Source: Squalus acanthias (taxonomy: Eukaryota). From it: DNA of 64,000 bases. Position numbers and translations under genes: made by a program. The stretch is taken from NCBI GenBank assembly GCA_030390025.1, contig CM059432.1, positions 42,596,001 through 42,660,000 of the forward strand, written 5' to 3'. Of this stretch, positions 13,111 through 25,679 are shown piece by piece (within the stretch, counting starts at the first letter, position 1; each line of letters begins with the position of its first letter). A model generated the notes under the pieces. The model made no database searches. It saw only the letters and a list, made by a program, of their open reading frames with translations, and was not told the origin of the DNA.

Positions 13111-14180
13111 TACACTAAACTCTTGCAAGAATCAAACTTCTCTTACTCACTTCACACAAGTATTAATCTTTGAAAAGAAGATTCTGTCTAACAGCACCTC
13201 AAGGCTAAACTTCCTCTTTGGCTGAAGACCTGCTGAGGCTAAACTTCACAGTCTTCTACCCTTTCACTCTCCGCTGGCTTTGCTGCTCAGTTCAAATTTA
13301 TACTGGCTTAATTTACACAATAGCCTAACTGCCACAGGAAAAGAACTGCTGATCAGAGAACAGCTAATCATACCTCTCTTGTAACTAATTAATTACCTAT
13401 TACCATCTCAAACCAGCCGACAGTTGAGGCAACAAATAAACAACTTTAACCTACTACTTGTATTGTACAAGAAAGATGAAGCAAGTTACCAAAAGTGGCT
13501 ACTAAAGTCAATCACGATACAGAATTACACAGATTTAAGGAAGAACTAGATAAACCCTTGAAGAAGAATAAATAATAAAGGATACAATACAAGAAAAGAG
13601 GAGGGGAATGGATTGGAACAGACAGGTCTTGTGGAATGTACTCGCAGCTGGATGGCAGCTAGCACAGCAGTCTTCTCAAGCATCGCTTGAAGGGATAATT
13701 ACTAGTCCTAGCCCCTTTAGGGCTACCCCGGATCAGACGTATTTCTCAAGACGTTCACCTTCAACTAAAGTTTGAGGTAGCCGAATCCTAATGACGCTTA
13801 ATTGGGTCTAAAGTTCCGGGCTATCTCTCCCTAAAGGAAAGGAACAACTCGAGAATGTTACCGTCCTCCAGATAACACTTTTAATAAGTTTAGCTAGACT
13901 GCAACGTTCCAGATATTATGAGGTTCTGGAAAACTCCCTCAGAATTCTGCAACTCCTCACCAAAGAGTGTACAGAGATTGAATTCACGAGTTTTTGATAC
14001 AGAATCCTTATGTGAGACAATTCTAAAAATATATAGATTTATTAAAGAGCCGACATGTAATTTACAGTTGGTGAGTCAATCGCAACATTAACAGTTCCAA
14101 AAAGAGAAAACTTACAATCTTATTATTAACAGAGAATCTTACTTTTAAATCTTAACTTCACTACAGTATTACAGTTCTTA

Positions 14181-15074
14181 GGGGGAAAAATTAGGTCGCG
14201 CCCCATTTGGGGCGCAAATATCGTCTGGACGCAAATATTAGCGCCTGGCGCTAATTATCGCCACTGACTGGAAACTTCACTTTTACCGCCCCGGGAGGTG
14301 AGTGGAGCGCTAAATCAGGCGCTGCACACCTGTCTTAAGGCACAAAGGCCAAGGAGTGAGGCGCTACCTCAGAGCGCTGGCGAAGCTCATGTAATGTCAG
14401 TCAGCAATGGAACACACACACAATGGCACGGGCCAGTTCTTAAAGGGGATGGTTAATCTTGCTTTCCATCCACATCCTGTTCATTGCAGCCTTGAATCTC
14501 GGCCTGGAGAGACTTGCACATCAAATGTGCTGGAAAGAACAATGGAGAGTACCAGGCAAAGAGCTCAGAGTGCAGCTCCCACAGTCTCTGCTAAATCGAT
14601 ACAAGGAATGGCAAATCAAAATGAACCTGCAAAGTGCTGCTCAGTACCCAAAACTCCTTCACACAACGTTGAATCTCTCCAGAAGTCTCTCCCTCTCGCT
14701 CTCAGAATGCGTAGTTCAAAAATGCCACCAACAATAAAAGACAGGAAGAGCCCCCCTTTAAATAGCGCCCCCCCCCAGCCCCACAGCGATTGATAGCATT
14801 CCAGTCTTCTGGTCGTTGGATGCGTCAGGCGGTAAGGCAGGGGGCGCCACTCAATTTCCGCTCCGGGGCGCCACAAGGGCGTTGCACCATGGAATGACGT
14901 CACAATCTGCGCGCGCAGGTGGTCGCAGCGGTAAGTTTTAGCGCCGCCGCACAATGTCAAGTTAAGTTCCCGAGCGGCGCAAACATCGCTGCGCCCAGGC
15001 GTTAGCGGCTTTGCGCCCCATTAGCGCCCTCTTAAGGCGCTAACGGGAGGCGCAACCAACTGAATTTTTACCCC
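14181..15074. mobile_element. PIF/Harbinger MITE
   Basis: TIRs GGGGGAAAAATT / AATTTTTACCCC, TSD TTA, GCGC-rich subterminal repeats. Confidence 0.9.
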
Positions 15075-15668
15075 TTAGTGTTCTACAGGATATCCACCAA
15101 AATCAAATACCTTTGATCCCTGAGGTACAAAGAGTTGGAGACTTACAAAGCCACCTCTGAAGCCAAGAATCGCTTTGCCCGATTAAAGCGAGCCTGATAT
15201 CCTATTTGAGAATTCAATATTTATACCTTTTTCCAGTGGTATTTCCTTTAAGGTTTTCTGCTGATGCAAGTTAATTATCTCTAGTCATTTTTCTGCTGAC
15301 CTCTGCAACTCTTACAGCCACCTCAGCCAGAATCATGTCTCCTCTCTAGGTGTTCTAAGTTTACCATATAAAAACGGTGTGACGGCAGGTGTTCCTTACT
15401 TGATATCATCTTTACGAGGGCAATGTTCCTTATCTTATGTGCCTCTTTATGAAGTATAAATTAGAACACCTTATCCATGGTGAACCATTGTTTTTGTTCC
15501 CAAAGGTCAGCCTGTCAGAGCCCTTCACCTTCTGTTTCAATAAGGTTATTTATTCAGGGTCAACAACTGTCTTATCTCAATAGCCAGAATGCTTTCACAG
15601 CTATTTCAGAGTTAGGTTTCTAAATTTCCAAACCCAGTTTGTCATGTTTTAATAAGGCCAGAATTCTT

Positions 15669-16271
15669 TCATAAGATAGTGTATTTTTCTGAATAGGTTA
15701 TATGGCTTATTCCTTCACACGCTGAGCCATCAGGTTGAAGTAGCTCTGCCTGGGTCTGTACATGTGGAGATATAGGTACATGAGGGAAAGGTTTCTTCAT
15801 TAGCCTGGCCTTTCTGTGGTTATACTCCTGATCTTCCTTTTTTTTTGGATTATAGTAGAGGGACAGGGGTAGGCCTAAGGAAACCAAATTGTTTTTCAAG
15901 GTCGAGAAGTATGCAAGTTTGTCCTGAAAAAACTTGTCTGCAACTCTTGAAATTCTGAGCAAGGGGTACAGCAGTACACATATCTTGGGGCTACCTCTGG
16001 GTCCATCGTGGTCTACAAAGACTTCAGCACCCGTGCCCTGCTGCAAGCAGGCCCCACTGTCTTTTTTTACTAATGCATTGTTTTGAACAGTTGGGGTAGG
16101 GATGGTAGGGGAGGGAATGGGATGGGCCAGCAAATCATTTTCCTGCGGAAGGATGGCCAAGGTGTAGGCGCTGCAGCTTGCTGATTCGTGGTGGGGGTGA
16201 GTGGGGGAGGGGGTCAGCAAAGGATCAATGTCAGCAGAATCCAACTGTAGAATAACCCGATTTTCCTCCAA
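15669..16271 (-). CDS. 200-aa ORF of unknown function, possibly a retroviral accessory/U3 ORF
   Basis: Uninterrupted Pro-rich ORF (alternative start codon) directly upstream of the putative LTR TATA box; no family recognised. Confidence 0.3.
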   Translation of the reverse strand: MEENRVILQLDSADIDPLLTPSPTHPHHESASCSAYTLAILPQENDLLAHPIPSPTIPTPTVQNNALVKKDSGACLQQGTGAEVFVDHDGPRGSPKICVLLYPLLRISRVADKFFQDKLAYFSTLKNNLVSLGLPLSLYYNPKKKEDQEYNHRKARLMKKPFPHVPISPHVQTQAELLQPDGSACEGISHITYSEKYTIL

Positions 16272-16629
16272 CTACTGCCAAGAATATGCTACAAATCAGG
16301 GGGTAACAGGAAAGAAAATCTATCCCTTTAATTCCATCAATCTGACCTGGATTAAATCTAGGTTCCAAAATTGAAGACAATGTTCTGTCTATGCAGCTGT
16401 GCTACCCATTATATTTTTACCGTATTATTGCTATTCACTCCTATGCCAAAGGAAATCTACTCCAAGCACAAGCCATCTCCTGACATCCTTCCAATATTGT
16501 TCCACTCACCCACAGCACCGTCCTAGAATACCTTCACAGAAAGGTTGCAAAGATGACTATAAACACATAGTGATGTGTTAAAACTAAGTTTGATTCATGC
16601 CCTACACCCTGATCCACCTTTCTAAAGTA

Positions 16630-16750
16630 ATAGCTTGCCTTTATATAGAGCCTTTCACAACCTCAGAATGTCCCAAAGTGTTTCCCAGCCAAAGAAGTAC
16701 TTTTGAAGTGTAGACACTGTTGTAATGCACAGAAACACGGCAGCCAATTT
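16630..16750 (-). mobile_element. SINE/L2-type 3' tail fragment
   Basis: Reverse complement of the 18235-18335 tail (CATTACAACAGTG..AAAGTACTTC..TATATAAA.GCAAG). Confidence 0.75.
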
Positions 16751-17910
16751 TCTCAATTAGTTGGATATTACTAATAAAGATTAGTTAAAATATTGTTAAA
16801 AAACTATTATTAATACAGTAGTTAAAATAATCTAGTCTATTGTAAGTTGTAAATATCATGTAATGCTACATTTTAGAAACTCACCTTTTGTCTTGCAATT
16901 GGAACCTACATGTTCATATTCAATTATACAACACGTTCCATTCCAATTTAATAACTGAAGAACTGTGTGTTTTTTTTATGAAGTTGGCTAATCTACAGAG
17001 ATTTATCTAATATTATTTTATGGCTATCCTCTGTCAGGAAACAAAATTATTTTATTTTTTCTCAATAACTCAATAGATTTTCATCAACCTTTTAATTGTT
17101 GCTGCTCTTGCTTTTCTTTGTGATGTTTGTTCCCTTCTGGAATTTTCTGTTACAAAATAATAGATATTTGTCTGTGCTTTGATTTTATTATTTAACTGCC
17201 AGTAGAATTTTGATTACTGCTAGTAAATGACAATTTAAAAAAAAACTTTGTAATAAAATATTAATTATACTGTATTTTAGACAGCCCACATTCATTCTCC
17301 CCACGCTTCATTAGGTGAAAGCTATATTTAACTCATATAATTTGCGTCAGCATTAACAATTCAAAATGCCCTGATACAAACATTATGTTTTATATGGTGA
17401 CACTAGCTTGCACAGATTGATTAACAAATTCTAGTTCATTTCCATTATGCTTTCATATTTTGTACCCTAGGAATTCAATCAAGCACTCTGGAAAATAAAA
17501 GAGAGATCCTTACACAGAAACAAAAATTTAAAAGGTTTAAATTATTTTAAAAATCATAGAATCTGTTTAATGAATCCTTTCCCCGTCAGAGTTTCCAGTG
17601 GAGTTTTTTTAAATTGTTTTTGAGTTTTTCTTCTTTTACTTTTAATACGAAATTCCACCACAGTTCACACTACACTGAGGTGGTAATTTGGGGACTAGTG
17701 GTTCAAGGTAGTGCCATGAATGTAGTAAATTTTTACCAACCGTAAAGAACCAGGCTTGTTCAGCCATTTGTCCTTTTCCTGTTCCTAAGATTTTCTATGT
17801 TGCTTAATTCTGTGCTGACAATATATCAAAACACGGCAGATTAGTTTGTGCACTGCTGCGTATTGTGGTTCTAGCTCTGTTTGGGAGTGTTCTAGCAATA
17901 ATACATAAGT

Positions 17911-18340
17911 GTCAGCTGTGGCTCAGTGGGTAGCACACTTGCCTCTGAGGCATAAAGGTTGTGGGTTCAATTCCCACTCCTGGGACTTGAGCACATAAAT
18001 CTAGTCTGTCACTCCAGTGCAGTGCTGAGGGAGTGCTGCACTGTCGGAGGTGCCGTCTTTTGGATGAGACGTTAAAATGAGGCCCTGTCTGCTCTCTCGG
18101 GTGGACGTAAAAGATCCCATGGCACTATTTCGAAGAAGAGCTGGGGGTTATCCCCGGTGTCCTGGCCAATATTTATCCTTCAATCAACATAAAAAAAACA
18201 GATTATCTGGTCATTATCACATTGCCGCGTTTCCCACATTACAACAGTGACCACACTCCCAAAGTACTTCATTGGCTGTAAAGTGCTTTGAGACGTCTGG
18301 TGGCTGTGAAAGGCGCTATATAAATGCAAGTCTTTCTTTT
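17911..18340 (+). mobile_element. tRNA-derived SINE with Deu-domain-like core (SacSINE1/AmnSINE-like) and L2-type tail
   Basis: A box TGGCTCAGTGG, B box GGTTCAATTCC, core GCACTGTCGGAGGTGCCGTCTTT..AAAGATCCCATGGCACTATTTCGAAGAAGAG, tail TATAAATGCAAGTCTTTC. Confidence 0.85.
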
Positions 18341-19039
18341 ATTGCCTAAGAACTGCAGATATCCAGGCACTTTGGAAAAAGGAAACCCCACAATTTACCA
18401 ATAATCATTGTACACTATTCATTTTCACTATTTCAATTCACTTCAAAAACAAGAGTGGATTTAGATTTTCTCAGTGCAGATTGTTCTCCATTATTTTTTT
18501 GGACGATTTTACCCAAGTGGGGAATTCTCACAATTCTACTGAATTTTAGGTAACTTTTAAAAATTAAATGACACTTAAATAAATTACTATTTTGTGCATG
18601 AATGTGGCTCTTTGTGTTATATTTTGTAATTCAAAAGTGTATTGCAAAATGATCCAATGAAGCATGTAAACAATTAGTACCTACCACATAAATATTATAA
18701 TTGTAATACTGAGTTTCTTCCCTCTTCCTTGGTAATAATCTCACTGAAATTCATTTCTGGAGCTGTCGATTGATTCTGCATTTTATCTATATTATCTATA
18801 TTCATATGGCACTCATTAGGATTAATGATCACCTATTCTCATTTTTAAATGTAACCTATGTTTATGTATGAAGAAACACAACATCAAATGTCCAAATGAG
18901 TTTGTAATCTGGGACAATCTTGCTGATCATAAACATTACGCCTAACAGTTCCTCAATATTAGCAGGTTTTCTTTTGCTCTGCTTTTGAGAGAGTAATTTA
19001 GTGCAATTGCAAAACTGTCGTAATCAGGTAAATGTTAAA

Positions 19040-19265
19040 CAGCAATAACTTGTATCTACATGGCTCCTTTAATGTAGAAAAGTGTCCCAAGGTGCTTCAT
19101 AGAGGTATGAGGATTAGACACTGTGCTAAAGGAGAGAATAGGAGGAGTGACCAAAAAAAATTGGTCAAGCAGGTGGCTTTTAAGGATGGTTTTTAAAAAG
19201 GAGTGAGAAGTAGAGGGGTGGGGAATTTAGGGAGGCAATTCCAGAATGGGATTTAGGTGGCTAAA
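19040..19265 (-). mobile_element. Diverged L2 3' end
   Basis: Similar to 58381-58545. Confidence 0.65.
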
Positions 19266-19432
19266 TATTAATCTCTTGGACACTGCTGCGAGCAACCCAT
19301 GAGAAAAGCCATAGGGGCATTTAAAAATGGTGTGTTTTTAATTTTTTTTAATCACTTTTGTTTATTAAACAAAAATAGGATAAAAGGCTGTTTGACTGGG
19401 CGGTTGGAGGCATGATGTCATATGATGAAAAA

Positions 19433-20480
19433 TATTCAACCAGAGTTGTCAACCCGAATGTGGGATATGATCCAAACAGCAGAGTTTTGGTTAAGCTGGA
19501 ATTTATGGAGGATGGAAGGCTGGCAAAGATAGCATTGGAGTCATTTAGTCTGGAAATGACAAAGGCATGCAAGAGGGTTTCATTTATGATCATTAAGAGT
19601 GATGTAGCCTACAAAAAGATGTGGAGCTTTATTTATTTTCAAGAGTGAAGTACATCAAACTACATCACATTTTTCAACCAAAATGAGTGTCATTCCTACT
19701 ATCTGGTGGAAGACCTTCAATTGCAAAGAGCTGTCAATATCGGTATTAGGAGTAAAACAGATTACAAATAAATTTAAACATAAAGCTGCATTTATTTTTC
19801 AAAATGGGGTAATATAAAATAGGTTATTTTTTTAAAACTATGACTAAGTTTTACTGATGGGGATCTTCCAACCTGAGGAGAACTTTGAGGGTGAAGAGCC
19901 GGGCAAATCAACAGGAGATTCAGGGAATTGCTTCACCCCAATACAAAAGTGAAATACTGCGGATGCTGGAAATCAGAAATAAAAACAGAAAATGCTGGAA
20001 ACACTCAGCAGGTCAGGCAGCATCTGTGGAGAGAGAAACAGAGTTAACGTTTCAGGTCAATGACCTTTCATTGACATTTTCTGTTTTAATTGCTTCATCC
20101 TGTAGCTTTGAGGTTGGAATGACATCCGATACAATCTAAGGCGTATCTGAGACTACGAAATGCATCCCACCCTGTCGTTTTCCCTCCCTTTTAAAATGTG
20201 AGCAGCGACCTCCAGGCCCTCTGTAATAATCACACTGAGTGATAAATCAATCCCACTTCTGTACTGTTATGATTGGTGCTCCATATCTTTAAGTGGGTTT
20301 TGTAGGCTACATCACTCTTAATGACCATAAATGAAACCCTCCTGCATACCTTTGTCACTTCCAGGCTAAATGACTCCAATGCTATCTTTGCCAGCTTTCC
20401 ATCCTCCCTAAATTCCAGCTTAACCAAAACTCTGCTGTTTGGATCATATCCCACATTAGTGTTGACAACTCTGGTTGAAT
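19433..20480. repeat. Inverted duplication of an L2-derived ~185-bp segment (19433-19616 / 20297-20480)
   Basis: Arms are near reverse complements; near-identical ORFs on opposite strands (MIINETLLHAFVISRLND / MTINETLLHTFVTSRLND). Confidence 0.9.
19945..20075 (-). mobile_element. Penelope-like terminal repeat fragment (truncated hammerhead)
   Basis: Matches 51208-51335. Confidence 0.85.
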
Positions 20481-20843
20481 GTATTCCAACACCTGTGTCT
20501 CAATCTCAGCTGTGTGCATCCTTGATACGGCTGATAAGGGTAAAATATGGGCCCGTATTTTCCGCTCAGAGGCTTCTCGTGGACGGAAGCTTCCGACGAG
20601 CAAAAAAGATCCGCACCGACCTGAAGTCACTGGGCCCACAGAGATTTCCGCTTTCTGGATGAGGACTCCTGGGCAGCATATGACGTCACGCTGCCCAGGA
20701 GCGCAGCGTGCACGCAGCCTAGGGCTTCGATCGAGGGGAGACCCGCCCACAAGAGCTGTCAAAATTTATATTTGCATAGGCCACGCCCCCGAATGTTTTA
20801 ACTCTTCAGAGGCGATCAACACTGAAAGTAGCTGTGAACCTCA

Positions 20844-22572
20844 ATGGTAAGTTCTTTCTTTATAGTTTAAAAAAAAAACTTTTGTAAACTTTTAAAGACT
20901 TTTACATGGATTTGAAGAATCTTAAATAGTTTGAAAGAGATTTCAAGCAATTTAAAGAGTTTAAAAAGCCCTGAAAACATTTTCATTAATTTTAATTAAT
21001 CAGCAAAGTGAAATGGAAGGACCAAGCACAATTCGCATGATTAAGAGAGCTCAGAATTTCACTGACGGTGACATCAGCACACTCCTCAATGAGGTTGAGG
21101 CGAAGTGCCTGCGGATCATTGGGAATGAGAAGTCCAGGGCGCCACGGAAAGGACAGATGACAGCTTGGACATAAGTTGCCCAAGCTGTCAGCGCGAACTC
21201 CACCATTCCATGGACAGCGGAACAATACCGCAAAAAATTTATGATTTGATGCAATCTGCCAAGGTTTGTACAGTTATTAGAAATGTCAACTGTAACATTT
21301 GTTTAAATTTAACTGAACTATTTAAAAAAATTTCTTATATGCATGGGTGTTCTAAAGTGACTTCATTATCCAGGTATCTGAGCTTGTCATAAAATGTTAT
21401 GGCTTTGGGGTTAGCTCGGATCATCCATTGCCCTCTTATCTTTACTCCACAGCTTTGAGTTCTAAATTTTCAAATAGTGAAAAAAAACCTGTCTCCAAAG
21501 CAGCATGTGGTCCTCTCTCAAAGGCAGGTAGGGGGTCTCTGCAGGAAAAACTGTAGTTTCATTTTATTTTCTGTTTTCATTTTGGAGTAAAATTGTTAAC
21601 AACGCCAGAGAACGTGCCCTGACAGGCGGTGGTGTTGTCACTCTGAGGGAGCTATCGGAGCAAGAGGAAATGGTCACACCATTGCTTGGAATCAGTAGTG
21701 GCTGTTCAGTGCCTGGTGCCCAATCAGACATTGGGGTAAGGAAAGGTGAGTTGGTCTGCCCAGCTATATGTTTAAAACTGATAGGTGTGTGTTGAATATC
21801 AGCTTCTGTGATGTGGCAGATCGTGCTTCACCTTTGTAAATGTTTACTGTTTCCTTCTCACAGGTGGACAGCTTTCTTCTCACACACGGGATGAACAGTG
21901 TGTTGAGTCTGTGGCTGCAGAGGGCATTGGGGAAGGGGTTACAGATGCAGTGGGAGCAGTAAGTGAGGTGGAGGAGGTGGAATTTGTGCTGTGTCAGCTA
22001 GTGGAAGGGGAGGGTATGGACCCTGGATGGCTGCACAGCACCTCTCCATCTCCTGGCACCTCTGGCTCTGTGCCAGGCACAGATGACTGTCGTTCCACAG
22101 CCAGACACCAACCTGATACTGCAGAGCAGGTGGGAGAAGCAGCAAGATGTTCAACGCAACAGAATGACATAGAAGCTCAGGTGCAACAGGTTGAAGAGTT
22201 GAGGCAAGAGATCTGTACCCTTCATGGGAAGAAAGTTGACTCTCTTGCCTCTATCAGACAGTTACTATGGCGCTTGGTCAGATAAACGAGTCTCTCGTTC
22301 AACTCTTGCAGTTGCTTAAAACAGTTTCTGCTGCCATTACTTTGACTCCCGCAGAACCGCCCTTACCTGCTCCCAGCGCAGACACAGTGCAGGCCCACGA
22401 GACACCAGCTCCGCCAATTCTGATGCAAACAAACGTTGCCTTTCAGCAGCAGCGGCAGCAGCAGCCCTGTCACGAGCCAATTGCTGAAGGGCAAGAGATG
22501 GCACACAGGGGTCTTTTACTTGGCAACAGAGGGCTCCAGTCACGGGGAAGGGGAAAGCGCAGGAGACAGTAG
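20844..22572 (+). pseudogene. Harbinger Myb/SANT-like (trihelix) DNA-binding protein, 4 coding exons, inactivated
   Basis: Exons 20844-20846 (ATG|GT), 21004-21263 (KRAQNFTDGDISTLLNEVEAK..AW..VAQAV..EQYRKKF), 21586-21745 (NARERALTGGG), 21864-22572; TAA at 21172, frameshifts, degenerate exon-3 acceptor. Confidence 0.85.
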
Positions 22573-23122
22573 GTTGTCACCTTTTGCACAATCCACCTCC
22601 TTTGACCCTCAGGCACAGATGCGAGGGGTCAAATCGTTCAATTCTTTAATGTTTTGTTTTATTTAAATGTTGTCGTTGCTTTTTTTTAATTGAAATATAT
22701 ATTTGTGACTGAAAGTGCATGTAACCGTTTTGTTTAAAAAGTACAGCCTCTAGTCACTTTGAAAAAAGGTTCAACTTTTTTATTTGCAAAAAAATTCAAC
22801 TTTACAACTGTTTGAAAATTAGAAAATAGCTAGTTTCCATCTTGAATGTCTTTATTGCACTAAGAAACCAAAAAAGTCACTTTAAACTGTTTACAAATTT
22901 TATCCAAAAAATTATCTTTGCGAATGTTTGCAAAGTAGAAAATAGCTAGGTAACATTTAAAAGTTCAAAACTAAGAACATCAAAACTGTACCTCAAAAGT
23001 CTTTGATGCTGCAATAAAAGTTCACTGTTTCACTTTAAATTGTGTCTGTTCCTTTCTTTGCCTTGCTGGGGGAGGGGGAGGTACAAGGCAACACTATCAT
23101 CACCTCGTGAAGGTGTTGGCTA

Positions 23123-24240
23123 CTAGCAGTTCCCGGGAGCAGCCTTGCTTTCGGCAACACTTGGCTCCTCTGTGTCAGGCCGGGCCTCAGGCAAATAGGC
23201 ATCATCCATGTCCTCCATTTCAGCATTGAGCTCCTCTGCAGTGTTAAGGGTCAGTCCTTCCCGCAGGGCAAAGTTATGCAAAGCACAACAGGCCACCACA
23301 ATCCTTGCCACTTTCAGAGGAGAGTACTGCAAGGTCCCCCCTGACCTGTCCAGGCACCGGAAGCGTGATTTCAGAACCCCGATTGTCGTCTCCATCACTT
23401 GCCGTGTGGACACGTGTGCCTGGTTGTATCTCTCCTGAGCCTCATTATTGGTCTTGTGGTAGGGAGTCATCAGCCATGGTTTTAGCGGGTAGCCCTTGTC
23501 GCCCAATATCCATGCGGATCCTGGAGGCAATGTGCTGGGGGTGCCATATAAGTCCGAGTTACGGAGGACGAAGGAGTCATGAGCACTTCCCCGGTGATCT
23601 GCATTCACGTTTAGGATCCTGAGTTGCGCATCACAGACTATCATAACATTTAATGAATGATACCCCTTCCTGTTGATGTATGTCACAGGTGCATCAATTG
23701 GTGCCTTCAATGCAATATGGGTTCCATCGACGGCCCCAATCACTTTGGGGAATCCAGCAATGCTATAAAATGCAAGGGCCCTCTCCTTTTGATGCCAAGT
23801 GGACAAGTCAAAGTCTATGAGCTCTGAAGCCCGACGGAAAATGGCATCTGTGACCAGGTGAATGCAGGCCCTCGCAGCACTCTGGGACATGTTGGAAATG
23901 TCACCGGTGCCTGCCTGAAATGACCCACTTGCAAAGAAGTTCAATGCTGTGCTTACCTTCATGTTCACTGACAAGGCAGTGTGGGTTTTCGAGTGTGCTT
24001 GAAGGTCGTCCTTTAACATATCACAGTCGGCCGATTGCCTCTATACTGAAGCGCAGCCTCCTCACACACAACTCCTCCGACAGCATCTCAAAAGACAGCC
24101 TCCCCCTGTACACTCTCTGGGGTGGGTAGTAGTTCCTCCTGATCAGGAGACGGTGATGGTTCCTCAGTCTTCTTTGCTGTTCCCTGGTGTTTTCGATTCT
24201 ATGATGCAGAATCACACCGAGGATCAGGGCAACATCGTCA
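23123..24240 (-). pseudogene. Harbinger (HARBI1-like) DDE transposase, frameshifted near 24020
   Basis: ALNFFASGSFQ, GFPKVIGAVDGTHI, GSAHDS, LGDKGYP, VMETTIGVLKSRFRCL, CCALHNF; N-terminal part in ORF 24021-24215. Confidence 0.93.
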
Positions 24241-25114
24241 AAGGGGATGTTTCTCCCTCACAGGCTTCCTCTTTAAACAGATGAAGTACTTGTAAGGAAA
24301 ATATGGAAAGAGTTGTAAAAGTAATTTTAATAAAGTGAGTGGCTAGCAATTCACGTCGGGCTGTGGTGGGAAATGTGCGGTATCGGATCGGGCACACGTC
24401 ATACCCGCCTGATGAATATCACGGCCTGAGATGATTTTCTAAGAACTTTAACATTTTCACAAAGTCATACATACAATTTTTAAAGGGCATAGAAAAGGTA
24501 ACATATAACGAATTCATATATTCTGGCATAATTATTTAAAACATTAGTAAATATGAAATAAATTATTTTTAAACAGTCATATTCACATTTAAAAAAATGA
24601 AATCTAATTCAATAGAATGCTTACCTTGCACACAGCGAGAGTTGCTCTTTAAATGAACTACACTCCTCAAAACAAGATCCAAAACCAATAAAGTATTTAA
24701 CAAATTAAAGTTGTTAAAAACTTACATCAGGCTTTCGACCAAGAACTTTGCTCACTTTCACAGTTAAAAATGTTCCGTTTCCAAACCCCCTGCTGAAAAA
24801 GGTCTTCTTCCTGCAGCTTCTTCTGGTAGAATGCAGGCTGTACGCCTGCTTTTACTAGTCGCAGCTGTTTTGGACGTACCTGAACTCAAGCAGTTGAGAA
24901 ATCATTGAAAATCTGAGCCGGTAGGGCTACCTTTCCTGCGCATGCGGCTGATCTGTCAAGAGGATTCTTGACAGATCAGAAACACCGGTTTTCAGCCGGC
25001 ACTTGCGAGGCCCCCACGGGTGTGTAGACAGCTCGTACACACCCGTAGGGATCAGAAAATACGGCCCATGATTCGCAAACATGAGCAGTGATTATTAACT
25101 GCCTTTGAAGGTTA

Positions 25115-25585
25115 TAGAATCATAGAATAGTTACAGCGCAGGAGGCCAGTTGGCCCGTCGAGCCCATGCCGGCTCTCTGCAAGAGCACTTCAGCTAGTCT
25201 CGCTTCCCCGCCCTTTCCCCATAGCCCTGCAAATTTTTGCCCTTCAGGTACTTATCCAATTCCCTTTTGAAAGCCATGATTGAATCTGCTCCCACCACCC
25301 TTTCAGGCAGTGCATTCCAGATCCTAACCACTCGCTGTGTAAAAAAGTTTTTCCTCATGTCGCCTTTGGTTCTTCTGCAAATGTCCTCTGGTTCTCAGCC
25401 CTTCCGCCAACAGGGACAGTTTCTCTCTATCTACTCTGTCGAAACCCCTCATGATTTTGAACACCTCTATCAAATCTCCTCTCAACCTTCTCTGCTTTAA
25501 GAACAACAACCCCAACTTCTTCAGTCTATCTAAGTAACTGAAGTCCCTCATCTCTGGAACCATTCTCCTAAATCTTTTCTGTAAA
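25115..25585 (-). mobile_element. CR1 3' fragment with (ATAGAATC)n tail
   Basis: Near-identical to 47461-47945. Confidence 0.9.
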
Positions 25586-25679
25586 TTCTTCATGTATGTT
25601 TTTTTAAAATGAGTTACATTCAACAGAAATGGGGGCAGTCTGCCTACAATGGACAGATGTGGCAATTGCCCTGCCAGGA

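Larger units (their letters stand above)
13637..16280 (-). mobile_element. Putative long retroviral LTR (boundaries uncertain) with nested MITE
   Basis: Minus-strand TATAAAT 15219-15225, GTAAGT 15141-15146, AATAAA 14038-14043, ..ACA end at 13637; no PPT or TSD confirmed. Confidence 0.45.
20550..25067. mobile_element. Full-length PIF/Harbinger DNA transposon (decayed), two convergent genes
   Basis: TIRs GGCCCGTATTTTC / GAAAATACGGCCC, TSD ATG (20547-20549, 25068-25070); contains a DDE transposase and a Myb/SANT-like gene. Confidence 0.95.

Noticed and set aside
14407..14960. ORFs of 92-128 aa
   Set aside because: They lie inside a GC-rich MITE and have no recognisable domain.
17911..17990. 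tRNA gene
   Set aside because: The A/B boxes continue into a SINE body and tail, and no proper cloverleaf is evident. The same applies at 28313 and 45881.
18680..18790. Minus-strand exon-like segment MQNQSTAPEMNFSE..
   Set aside because: All frames hit stops before the candidate donor; coding is not supported.
23123..24019. Domesticated host gene HARBI1
   Set aside because: It is enclosed by TIRs and a TSD, paired with a Myb gene and frameshifted, so it is a transposon copy.
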